Shown: one piece after another, positions 12,133 through 24,435 of the stretch
How the letters are laid out: every line of letters begins with the position of its first letter
Numbering within the stretch: position 1 is the stretch's first letter
Source of the DNA: Lingula anatina
Taxonomy: Eukaryota > Animalia > Brachiopoda
NCBI GenBank assembly: GCA_051362555.1
Contig: CM120645.1
Location: 23,712,934-23,776,933, forward strand
DNA: 64,000 nucleotides
Reading direction: 5' to 3'
Position numbers and translations under genes: made by a program
The notes under the pieces: generated by a model
What the model was told of the DNA's origin: nothing
The model's input: the letters and a program-made list of their open reading frames with translations, nothing else
Databases searched by the model: none

Positions 12133-13444
12133 TTACTCCAGTTCAGGGTCGTACTTTTTCAAAATCTGCAATTGATTGAATATTTTATGTGTCACATCAA
12201 ATACGGATAGAATTTGCTTGCAAGAAATCACTGATGAATATTAAGATAAAAAAATATCTGAAATTTCTGTTTTTATTTCACTGAGACATTCCTTAACATT
12301 TTTAAGTGAGGTATGTAATTCCTACTGCAGGTACCTCCAAGAACAAATAAGCACATTTTACTAATCGCGGTGTTCAATATGAATTTTCTCAAACAAAAAT
12401 TGTTATAGTCTCCAGAATAATGAAAACATCGGTATAATCAAACATAGCCTACCATTGCACATGCTTCAATACATTCCTCGTCGCTTACGAATCCATCACC
12501 TGAATTAGAAAACATACTTTGAAAACATCACTTTGAATTAGAAAACATCACATTGTGACGTTACCATAGCAACCCATAGTATGTACATGTAACATAACGC
12601 ATTTGCTCCGTTTCAGAAAAATATTAAATTGAGATTCGCTCTTAACTCTAAAGATTAAAGCACGCTTACCATCGATATCCAGTGAGACTATCTGGTCTAT
12701 ATCAGCCATGGTTAAAACCCCATCGTTACTGAAATCACCCAGTTGGAAGAGCGCATGGATCCACGTTGTTTTTAGAACAGAACTGGCTTTCATGAAATAT
12801 CTCACGTATTCACTTGCCGTGACTTCATCATTATCTGAAAAAAAAAATGACAGGCATTGTCAATAATATGTTTCTGATTCGCATTATTTCATGAAGTCTA
12901 TGTTCGGATGTACTATATAGGATAGTACAGAATGGACAGTTTTGTACAAAACGTTTGCATGTCATCTGGAGATAACCATATACTACTTTTAGGAAATATT
13001 TAGTATATTTTATATTCCTTTTAACCATCGTCAACACAAAATACGTCCTAAAACCTACGGTCGGTGTCAGCGGCATCCAAAAATGCGGCCCATTCCAGTT
13101 TGCCGATCATTCCGTCTTTGTTGGAGTCAATGATATTGTAAAGCAATGTTCCTATTTCCATTGCTGTGGGGGGCGGTTTTTTGGCATCCCTACGACCACA
13201 ATAACTACAACAATGTGAAACAGCTCTGTTGAAATGTATCTCTGCCTACATAATGTGTTCTTCAGTACGCAGGGAAAGTCAAAAGAAAATATATGAAACA
13301 GACAAAAACCAATACAACACGACGATTTTGGTGTTTAACCGGATGTTTCAGTTTGAAATTGTCGGCCATATGTCATACATAGTTGGAAACAGTTGATTGC
13401 AACGGCTTTCACGGGGCACTGAACGATGGTTTACAATTAATATG

Positions 13445-13480
<36 letters not shown>

Positions 13481-13563
13481 GATTCCAAAACGTGCGCGGG
13501 TGCTTACATGTTTGTTGCCATGGAGACAAGACACAGGCCCACGATCATCAAGTGGAACACCAT
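12133..13563 (-). CDS. Secreted four-EF-hand protein, copy 2 (148 aa); exons 13508-13563, 13059-13204, 12670-12834, 12453-12499, 12133-12165
   Basis: MVFHLMIVGLCLVSMATNI...DSNKDGMIGKLE...DTDHNDEVTASE...DFSNDGVLTMAD...DIDGDGFVSDEECIEACAMILKKYDPELE*; splice sites canonical, frame intact. Confidence 0.9.
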
Positions 13564-13671
13564 TTTCTATTTGCGGTACTTCAATAGAAATAAGATATCA
13601 ACTCAACATGAAAACTACAATAAGACAAACTAACCATTGCTAGGGATGATAAAAATTGAATGATATGCGTG

Positions 13672-13711
<40 letters not shown>

Positions 13712-13815
13712 TTTATCACTTTTTGTCATCATACTTATAGGAAAAGTAGAACTCGCGAATATATCAAAAACGTCATTTTTCACTTGTCCGTTTTCTTCAA
13801 ATTGAGCTATATGTA

Positions 13816-15273
13816 TCTAGTTTCTAGTTTCTAGTTTCGTTTTTCAAAAACGATTCTGGCAACCAGAAACTAGTGTCGTTTTTCAAAAACGATTCTGAGA
13901 GAAGCCAGAATCGTTTTGCAAAGAAAAAGAGGAGTGGACAGAGAGAAAGGCAACCGGCGTGCTACCGCAACCAGGTAACCCTCACCGCGGAAGCCGGGCA
14001 ATGTGTAACGAACTCTCCTCGCCGTGTGCTGAGACATAGACGCCCGCTGATAAGCGTCTAAGGCGCACAAGTAGCCTTCACTGCGGAAGCCGGGCAGGGT
14101 GTTTAGGTTGGTGGGAGAAGGCGGGGTTGAGGGTTAGGTTGGGTTAGATGCCCAAAAATCAGTGTCGTTTTTTGAAAAACGATTCTGGCAACCTGTACGC
14201 CGTAGGCAATAAGCGGTGACCGTCTCGGTCTCAGCGCAAGTAGAGGAGAGACTGTAACAACCTTCTCGGTTTTCGCGGTGAGGGTTACACAGTCATGGTA
14301 CACGCTAATCACGGGTTGCCTCTCCCTCCGTCCACTCCTGTTTCTCTCTGCAAATACGACTCTGGCTTCTCAGAATCGTTTTTCGAAAAACGACACTGGT
14401 TTCTGGTTGCCAGAATCGTGTTTCAAAAAACGACACTGGTTTTTGGGCATCAGAATCGTTTTTGAAAAATAATAAATAAAATAAAAAATTATACTTTAAA
14501 CTACTTAGGGAGATCGGGGGAGGGGGGGGAGCTTTTCCCCCTCATCATCCTCATCACCTCCTCCCCCACCAAACAACCCCACCTAAACACCATTCCCGGT
14601 TCCGCGGTGATGGCTACCTGTACGTCGTAGGAGTTAATCGACGATCGTCTCAGTCTCAGCACACGGCGAGGAGAGGCTTCCACGTTGAGGGTTACCTGGT
14701 CGCAGTAGACGCTAATCACGGGTTGCCTCTCCCTCCGTCCACTCCTGTTTTTCCCTACAAAACTATTCTGGCTTCTCTCTGAATCGTTTTTCAAAAAACG
14801 ACACTGGTTTCTAAGCATCAGAATCGTATTTTAAAAATTCAATAAATTAAAAATTATACCTCAAACTAAAAAGGGAGGCCCCGGGGGCCCTTCCCCCTCC
14901 TCACCCTCACCCTCTCCCTTATTCCCCTAAAGCCCATTCTCGGCTTCCGCTGTGCAGGCGGCCTGTGACTGGTAGAGGCGGTCAACTCAGCCTCAGCGCA
15001 CAGCGAGGAGAGACCGTAACATTCTCTGCAAAACTAATTCTGGCTTCTCAAATTCGTTTTTGAAAAACGACACTAATTTCTCGATGCCAGAATCGTTTTT
15101 GAAAAACGAAACTGGTTTCTAGTTGCCATCTAGAATCGTTTTTGAAAAACGACACTAGTTTCTGGATGCCAGAAGCGTTTTTGAAAAACGACACTAGTTT
15201 CTGGTTGCCAGGTTCGTTCTTGAAAAACGAAACTGGAATCTAGAAATCAGACACCAACTTCAGCGCTCCTGTA
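13816..15273. mobile_element. Foldback-like repetitive insertion in intron 1 of copy 2
   Basis: Absent from the homologous intron of copies 1 and 8. Built of ~34-bp units (gaatcgtttttgaaaaacgacactagtttctggttgcca) and a longer module present once in one orientation (about 13840-14100) and about three times inverted. Confidence 0.7.
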
Positions 15274-17505
15274 AAGAGATGTAATTGCCCAAAAAGTAAT
15301 TGAGCAACTGATATCTTATAGAAATAATTTCATTTTTAAACTTACTTGATTTGAATGTTTACACCGGCGATGTCTATCAGTAGAGATCTCCGACTAAAAT
15401 GACAAACGCAAGCACTTCAAGGAGATTTATTGCGACAGGCACGTCATCAGAAGATATGCGGGTACTTCTGAAGTACTCAGTGACGGGTAAAATTAAATCG
15501 GAACTCCTTCAACAGCGCTCCTTTAAAAATGTGTAAGGCAGACAAGAGTGTCCGATTTGAGAGAGGTAGGTAAGTTCAGATTTAACGCGACTTTCTTGCT
15601 TATATGTATATAGAAAACTGCCCTGTTTAAATCATACAAAAACGGAGTCAAAATATATAAAAGTCAGAAGGTTATTAATGTCTACCCCGACAGCTACAAG
15701 CATCACTTTTACATGCTAAGAAATACCATGAAGACTCAGTAAATAAAGAGCAAATCAGAAACAATCAAAATGCAATAGTTTCACATGCCAGTATTATATG
15801 TTTTTCACAATAATCTTCTAAATGTTACAGAAAACAGATAAAGGGTATTTACCAACAATACACGTTCACTTATCATTTTGAAATACATATTTTCAAGGAT
15901 GAGAACTTCATATACTATATTGTTGAATTAAATATAAAAGCTGGTTTCATAAGGTTGTAACACAAAATTTTGTTTTTGTCATCCGTTTCAATCAACGAAT
16001 ATAATATTTTCGTTTTTTTTTGTGTGTGAAATGAGCATGGTGTCCTTAATTGACACCTCGCGCTATTTCTTACCAATATTAAGATGGGGGAGGGGGGCAT
16101 GCCTGTCAAGACCTTTTTAATGGCAACTAAACAATTTTTTAAACATCTCGTGAGCTTGGTTGTGTTGTTCAATATGCTACGCGACTTAACTACCCATATC
16201 TTTCCGCAACGAAGGAAGGAACTGCGCATGCGTATAGCTTCTTCCATACAAATCTTTTGAGCGGGGTGGTGGGGGGGAGCATCCATTCTACTAGCACGTA
16301 TTTGCGCCAAGGTGAATCAATATACTGACTATGGACCCACTGACAGCTTGGGTTTGTTTATTTATAATAAGGAATGAATCAGGAGTGGAGTGGAAAGTAA
16401 CACAATGTCAACTTATATGACAAGATGCACAGTTAAGTCCAACTAGTCACAAATTAGCAGAGCTGTAGAATCGATCTAGACGTGCATTCGACCTATGATT
16501 GCGTAACCCTTCTACTCTTCTCCTTGCGCTTCCTTACCCGCATGACTTTGTATAAGGTGGTCGTCACATAAGGACTTTGATGCGGCTCTCTTTGACATTT
16601 TATTTTTGCACCGGCACAAAATTACTCAAGGAAAACGAGTTCCCAGGCACGTATGCATGACTTGCTTTTCTTACTACCTGTTAAAGCCTGGAGATTGGTT
16701 GGTTTATACGCTGCCTAATTAAGGGCGACAGTGATGTGGACTCCTCTGTGCAAGGAATACGATTCGTCCACCTGATATTCAATGCTCTTCCTTATAGTAG
16801 TATGTAACTGCTTTCCAGCTTCTGTTTTGGTCCAAGCTTCAGACTTCGTAGCAAAATGCTCTCTACTCAAGCTTATTGAAAGGCCTTTATTTCAAGAACG
16901 TGCTCAAGGTTGAGGTTCCAAAATTTCTTAATTGCTTTCTTCCCATGCAGGTTTGAGCCGTCCTGTGTGTCAAATTATTAGGGTTTAGGACCCAAGATAT
17001 GTGAATGAAGTAAATATCAAGCTGAAAAAGTGTCACGTGACATAAAACTCGGTTAAAGAGTGCATTGCACTGGCCTACCCGCGTCTTTATTGAGATGTTG
17101 CAATCACATCAACTCTTTGAAATGGATATTTGACAGAATTCTGAAAGGCCTTTATTTTCATCGGCAGAAAATATGCTGACTAAATGTGTTGTCAGACATA
17201 TTGTCTGTTAGTGTTAGCCTAAAAAGAAGCAATTCGACCACCGCACTCGTATTTTATTTTTTGAATTTTTTGTAACAATTAGTAAAATGACCTCGTGGTA
17301 TTCAGAAAAATGTCAAAATCAATTAAATGACTGATGAATATCAACTTTTTATGTCTTGTGATGATGTCTTCTTCCAAATGGGACCTGAAATGGACAGAAA
17401 TAAAGTAGAATAAAACAAGTCTTTTTACAGGAAGATGACCCCGATACAGTTGATATCCGGGTGTCTCGATCAGAAAGGTAGGATTAATGTATACTATATC
17501 ACTTA

Positions 17506-18016
17506 GACCCCATTTCCATAGATTTAAGATCGATCTATCCCTGTGGGGACCCGCACGAAAATGAAGTAGTATCGAAGTAGCAAAGAAGCATTAACGCAGT
17601 AGTGGTGTGGAGCATATTTGCAGTAGAAATGCAGTATAGCCTACTGCAATTCTACTTCAAAAATTACATAGGGTTATACAGAGGAGGAGCATTAATGCAG
17701 TAGATTAGCAGCATGATAGAAGCATGTTTCAAATATGCTAATTAGCTCCCACATCGAAGCAGATTTGAAGCATGTGTGCAGTATGATTGCAGTAGTCTAC
17801 TGCGCTGGAGTATCTACTTCGTTTTCATGCGGGGAGTCTCACTAGATTACTGTCAGCTTAGCCGGCTTAAGCGTCTGTCCCGCCTACTAAAAGCTGTAAA
17901 GGGGTACTTAACTATGGTGCACGCTCGGCTGACTGCAATTTAGCGTGAACCCCCAGGGAGTTAGGTCGATCTTAATCTTAATCTCTGGATCGATCTAAAT
18001 TTCTGGCAATGAACCC
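17506..18016. mobile_element. PIF/Harbinger-like MITE (TTA TSD) containing a nested element
   Basis: TTA at 17503-17505 and 18017-18019; empty site cacttaattcccc at 24141; imperfect inverted ends (atagatttaagatcgatc / gatcgatctaaattt); related to 59165-59415. Confidence 0.7.
17550..17833. mobile_element. Nested MITE with CCCG termini and 2-bp TSD (EnSpm/CMC-like)
   Basis: TIR CCCGCACGAAAATGAAGTAG / CTACTTCGTTTTCATGCGGG, flanked by GA on both sides. Confidence 0.75.
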
Positions 18017-18302
18017 TTAATTGCCCAAGGATGCGTTTCATTAACGCTCACTATGTTTTCATTGCTTCGTGTGACTTCAATCTAGGCTCATTACATTATA
18101 CTTATAAACTTGGTCATTGGACATTTTGGGAGTTATTTTACATAATCTATTGCATATGTAAAACTTTCACCCAATATCTATTTATCTAGCAGTATCTTTA
18201 TGTATCTATTTCAGTTATATTGATATACACATGGGCATACACCAAAAGCGGAAGTTACATATTCAAGACTTACCATTTATGGCAAATGCTATTTGTGGCC
18301 AT

Positions 18303-21300
18303 TTACTTCAGTATAGGGTCGTACTTCAGAAACTTTAAATTGAAAGAATATTGAATAAATTTTGTGTGTTTGTAATATTAATAAATGGATTTCATTCTCG
18401 ATGGACAATAATTCTTTTCAATCATATTGATATACATGAACCTCTTCGTTGGAGATAAATATGACTGGTTATTGTTTAGATAAAATCTATCTGAAATTCC
18501 TCCCTCAAATGTACTTGTCTTTTACATTGTTTTAAATGTTTTTACTATAGGTCATTTTAGAAGTAATTAAAACTTTTAATCTGCTAACTGTACATATATC
18601 CAACTGTAAAATTAAAGAACAGTAGTTATAATATAAAACAATCAAACAAACCTTGACGCATGTCTCAATGCATTCCTCTTTATCTAACTGTTCACTTTCT
18701 GAAATAGAAAACAAGTCAGACTTCAAGGAGTAATAACATACACCACCACAACTTGAGGACGACTTGAACCAAGCCGCATATCTTAGACGATCAAACTTAT
18801 TAATAACATTTAATACTTTAATAATTTCGTATATTTATTTTTTTCCTATTTACTTAAACGCTCAGCACCAGTTTCCATTTTATGGGAAATCTTATGTTAC
18901 TTCAGTTATTTGAGGATTACAGCACTGGTGGCTATCAACACTGTAAAGTGTTTAGCATTTAAACACATACCGGTACATGTACAACACACGTTTAGTACCT
19001 ACACGCATTTAGAAATATGTGAAAAAGCTAAACACGTATAGCTTTTCAAGCTTCTCACAGAAGAAAATGCTAGACACGTTTGGCAGTGTTACACGTTTAG
19101 CTATGTGTCTAGCTTCATCGGTATATGTTTCTATAAAAAAAGTTCATCACAAGGCTAAGCACATTGGCAACGCACTTCCCCTGCTTAGCGCGTGGAGCTG
19201 CTAAACATAAGGAGCTGCTATGCGTGTGGAACTCCTAAACGAGTGGAGCTGCTGAACAACACGTTTAGCTTTTCAAGCTTCTCATAGAAGAAAATGCTTT
19301 TTTAAAACATGCTTAGCAGTGTTGCACTTTTAACACCTAAAAGCTAAAAAAATACACCCCATACATATGTAATGCGCCAAACGCGTCATACTGCTAAACA
19401 CATTCAGGCTTAAAGCGTGTAACATGTTTAGGAGCTAAACGTGCTTAGGAGCTAAACGTATTGTAAAAAATTAGACAAAACAGGTGCTTAGAAATGGGTT
19501 TAGGGGCTAAACACTGTTTTAACAGTGTATAAGACACTCACCATCGACATCCTCTTGAAAAATTGCATAAAACCACAGTGACCGAATTCTGTTGTCCAGT
19601 TTGACCAGTTGCTTCAACATTTCATTTTCTGAAACTTCAATTGTCTGAAACCAAAACAGTAATGAACGCTGCCAATTTGATTTAATTGTCTTTTGTTAGT
19701 TTTATAAATCATTCTATTATAGCACGTTGTCGATGTATGCTGTTCCGTTTTATGTCTGATTCGATAGATAATAGGGAAATTGGACAATTTTGCATTATAT
19801 TCCCGTTGGCTTCCATATTTCATTTTCAACATTCACTGGGGTCACTTTCCCAATGTTACGCCTACATTTTCAAGAGTTAAAAAAGTTTTGGAAATTCTCG
19901 TATACACTGTATCATGCTCAAAAGTTAAGTAGTATTTCATTGCCAATTTTTGCAAAAATTAAGCAAATGATTAGAGTAAAATTTGTACAGTAGCTGTGCA
20001 CGCCATTTGTTGTTAACTTGTGCCACTAGGCCATGACAAGAAACTGTCCAAATGCATAAGGGTGCCCCTTACCAAAAACAAGGTATAGGTGTGGCACTTG
20101 AAGCACACGTGTTGGGTGGCATCCTGTGTTTGTGCGTGTGTGTGTGTGTGTTTGACGGCATTTTTCCAAAAATTGCAAGAATACAACTTGTAGGAATTTT
20201 AGATGGTGTCGGAAAATAGCAGGAAAATAACAGGAAGCCATGCAGCTGTTAGACAGTAAAGATTAGCAGCAAATCCAGTATCAAGGCAGCCTGGTCAGTT
20301 GCAAATGACGTCAAACGAGCCACGTGGGGTACATGCCTCGTTTTGGTCAAGTCAGGTTGACAAATGCAAGGGATACCAGGCAACTGATTTTAACAGGGAG
20401 GTACGTTTTGCTGAGAATACTTTTTACCTACATAGGTTCTATGTATGCTTTTTAAAAGTATCATTTGCCAATAAAATCATGAGCATTATCAAAATGCTTT
20501 TTAAAAGTATCATTTGCCAATAAAATCATGAGCATTATCAAAATGCATTGTTTGTTGTATATCCTTAAAAGAAATGTCCATCTCAAATAAAATATTTCAA
20601 GAACACGAAAGAAAATGTCACATCCTCAATGTAACACTCCCATTTCAAATGATGACGCGGTACCAGAATAATTCAAGATACTGTTGACCTTATGAGCATG
20701 AGTGTATGTCGTGATCTGTCAATAGCTTTTGTCAGCGCAGCGGAAATTTTGTCTTGACGAGTTTCAAATACTCCATACTGTGAACTATACAAAATACAGC
20801 CTGGTTGCAGGGGAACTAATACATGTAGAATAATTACATGTACATGTCATTTTTTGGCATTATAAGAAACTTGCATGATACATTGTAATGTTATTCGTTT
20901 CGTGTTACAAATTTCAACTGACGCTGAACTGTCAATACTGTTCCGGATAAGTTATGCTGAAACTTACGGCCAGGATCCATCCGAGCCGATGTTACACGCC
21001 ATTCCAGTTTAGTGATGATACCATCGTTATTGATATCTGCGGTATCGCAGAGATACTGCCCAATCTCTCTCGTTGTTAGCTGTGGCAGTGTGCCATTTAC
21101 AGGAGCACAATAACTGAAACAATGTAAATTAAAACTCAAATAAACTATCTCTCTCTCTCTCTCTCTCTCTGAAGCGTGTTTGCAATAATTGTGTTGTGTT
21201 TATGGATGTGATTGAAGGATCAAAAGAAGTATTCATTCAAGTATCAGCAGAAATAGCTCATGGAATTTAATTAATCATACACTGTTATAAGTTGTTTTAA

Positions 21301-21464
21301 CATATATAATATTAAAATATCTAACAGATTCACCCTATATATTGTCAATCGTTTATTGATAATTACGTTATCCTGAGTCAATGATCTCAATGATCTAATC
21401 CCTAAAACATGTATTTAAAAACACTCCAGTGGAACCAAGGACAACGACATGCAGAGGGAGAGGG

Positions 21465-21501
<37 letters not shown>

Positions 21502-21671
21502 GGAGAGAGGGAGGGAGAGAGAGAGAGAGAGACGGTGGGAGGGAGGGTAGGAGAGAGAGGGTGGGAGGAGGTAGAGAGGGAATGAGAGAGGTTTCAGCTA
21601 ATCACTAGTACTTACATGTTTGTCACCATGGAGACAACAGAAAAGGTCACTGTCATCACGTGGAACTTCAT
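18303..21671 (-). pseudogene. Secreted EF-hand protein copy 3, probable pseudogene; exons 21616-21671, 20968-21113, 19542-19644, 18652-18698, 18303-18332
   Basis: The normally 165-nt exon is 103 nt: a 60-nt deletion removes EF3 and a 2-nt deletion gives an immediate TGA (C|AC AAT TGA). Other exons remain open. Confidence 0.85.
18939..19527. mobile_element. CACTG-terminus (CMC/EnSpm-like) MITE in an intron of copy 3
   Basis: CACTGTAAAGTGTTTAGC ... GCTAAACACTGTTTTAACAGTG; internal gctaaacacg-type repeats; absent from the same intron in copy 4. Confidence 0.7.
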
Positions 21672-22685
21672 CTTCTGCAATGTGTGCTACTTTAATATAA
21701 ATTATTCACCATAGTAACCCTGGCAAATAGATGAAAGTACAACGAGACAACTAAAATGTTTTCTGTGTATTTAGAATTGACTACTAGGTCTTTTAGTCGC
21801 CAATCGCACCTCAAAGGGACCGTGATCAAAGAAACAAACATAGAACCATCCTCCCTTTACCAATTTTCTATTAGCTACCTACTATTATTCAGTCTTATTC
21901 TAAAATCTAAATAAATTTCTAACTGAACAACAATTATGGGAAGATTTTAAAGCTATTGGTAATAATGTCTTTCAACACCTTTAGGGTACTGGTATATTAT
22001 AGTCTGTCGAAATGGGAAAAAAGTATTGACTCTAGATAATAGGAATCCTGTATACAGGCCATTTAACTTGTACGAATCATGGTGGAAGCAGGTATACAAC
22101 GCATACGGTAACCTGATCTGCTTTATCACAAAAGATAAAGATCCCCAAATAATCATTTTTATGAATATGAGTCGAAGCGTTGCAAAGTTATGAATTGATA
22201 AAAATTGAAATATCGTTAAAATGAGCATGTTCTCTATGTAAAATGTTTCCGTGTAAAATACTTTTAAATGGTATCATTGGATAATTCAAAAGCACAGAAA
22301 AAGATGCTGAAGTATCAGCTGAGACATTCATGTCATCCTTACCAGACACTCGAGTCGTAATGTTACATTAACATTAGGTTATGTAAGCGTAACACATAGA
22401 AAAGCAAGTGATGTCAAATAGCAATAATCTCATTTCAAAACTTACTTGATTTATTTATGTAAACACCAGCGATGTCTATCAGTGGAAAACTCCCACTAAG
22501 ATGTCAAACAGAAGTGCACCTCTTTTTCAAGGGCGTTTATAACGTTAGCTGTGCAATTATGCCATCAGCAGACATACGGGCAGTGACGCGTGAAAGTGAC
22601 TTAGACTCCCGCGACAAGGTTATTTTTAGTTGCCTCCGGATTAAGCACGCTTGCTCCGCAAGGCGTCGCCTGTGGAGGTGGGGCA

Positions 22686-23317
22686 GCACAGCCCATATGG
22701 TTACTTTGGCAAAAGTGACAGGTACTTCCAAACATTTTCCATAACTGTGATTATTTCTCATTCTATTCACAAATTTGATATTTACGGCACTGGTAAATAA
22801 ACAGTAAAAACATCACAAAACGTGTGTACACAAGATATTTCTACAGGTATCCTCATTCATCAGGCAGGAAACTTCAGAATGTACTACTAGTACTCAATAA
22901 ATGTAAAATTTTGTACAAGGGAAAATCTGCGTACTGAAACGGCAGAATTACATTACACTGCCACCAACCTAAAACTGAATGGGCATAGAGAGCATAAAGT
23001 GAGGCTCCCTCCCATTAAATAAATAAATAAATAAATAAATAACAGATACTGTCATTCTTAATACTAAAAAACAGTAACACCGTGCAGCCTTCACTGCCTA
23101 ACTATTTGCGGACAATGTTCTAGACTCTGTTTACTTTTGATGAGGCATAGATGCAAGGATTGCAAGTGCATTGTGGAGGTCCCTTTTGTCATAAATGTGC
23201 CACACACAATGTAGGCTACATATCGCGATTCACATCACAGCGGCGGTTTAGGCCTATCTGTGGTGTCAAACTTAGTAAGTAACCTGGTAACTTATATGAA
23301 CCATATGGTTGTCAGGC
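22686..23317. mobile_element. Possible degenerate TIR element upstream of copy 3
   Basis: Imperfect inverted ends cacagcccatatggttac / gaaccatatggttgtcagg; sequence absent from sister promoters; no clear TSD. Confidence 0.35.
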
Positions 23318-24435
23318 AACCAAACTTGACTTGTTTTTCTTAGTACCCGTATAAGCTTGTAGATTTGTTTGTCTAATTTTCATCCTAATTACGGGTGAAA
23401 GTGATGTAGACTCCTCTATGTAAAGAATACGATTCCTCCAGATATTCAATGCTCTTCCTTATAGTTGTGTGTAACTGCTTTCCAACTTCTGTTTTGGTCC
23501 AAGCTTCAGGTTTTGTAGCAAATGCTCTCTACTCAAGCTAATTGAAAGGCCTTTATTTCAAGAATGTGCTCAAGGTTAGGGTTCCAAAATTTCTGAATTG
23601 CCTTCTTCTCAGGTTTGAACCGTCCTGTGTTTCAAATATTTAGGTATAGGACCCAAGATATGTGAATGAAGTAAGCTGAATAAAGTGTGACATAAAATTC
23701 GGGTAAAGTTTGCATTGCAATGGCTTAGCCACGTATTTATTGAGGTGTCGTTGCAATCACATTAACACTCTGAAATGAAAAGGATATTTGGCAGAATTCT
23801 GTCATTTTCATCTGCAGAAATTATGCTGACTAAATGTGTTGTCGGACACATTGTTTGTTAGCCATATAACTTTGGGTTCAGAATATTTCAAATATCTAAA
23901 AAGAAGCAATTTAAGCACCACACCCTTTCTTTATTTCGTGATTTCAAAAATGTCAAAATCAATTAAATGAGTAATAAATATATTTTTTATCTTGTGATGA
24001 TGCTACTTTTTCCAGATGGGATCTGAAATGGACAGAAATAAAGTAGCATGAAATAAGTCTATTTTTCACAAGAAGACGACCCCGATATATTTGATATCCG
24101 GATGTCTCGGTCAGAAAGATAAGATTAACGAATACCATATCACTTAATTCCCCAAGGATGCGTTTCATTAACGCTCACTATGTTTTCATTGCTTGGTCTG
24201 AATTCAATCCAGGCTGATTACATTATACTTATAAACTTGGTCATTGAACATTTGGGGAGTACTTTCTTCCCATATTTTACATAAGCTATTGCATAGGTAA
24301 AATTTCAACTAATATATTTTTCTCTCATCTTTGTGTATCTATCTCAATTATATTGGTACAAACATGCGCATACACCAAACACGGATATCACATATTCAAA
24401 ACTTACCATTTATGGCAAATACTATTTGTGGCCAT

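Noticed and set aside
14122-14147. Telomere-like gggttaggttgggttag
   Set aside because: Only two or three degenerate units inside a mobile element.
13840-15240. CRISPR-like array of ~34-bp palindromic repeats
   Set aside because: Eukaryotic intron; repeats are head-to-tail or inverted without unique regular spacers; no cas genes.
20446-20548. Short perfect tandem duplication in an intron of copy 3 (similar one at about 41435-41505)
   Set aside because: Ordinary local slippage duplications with no evident functional context.
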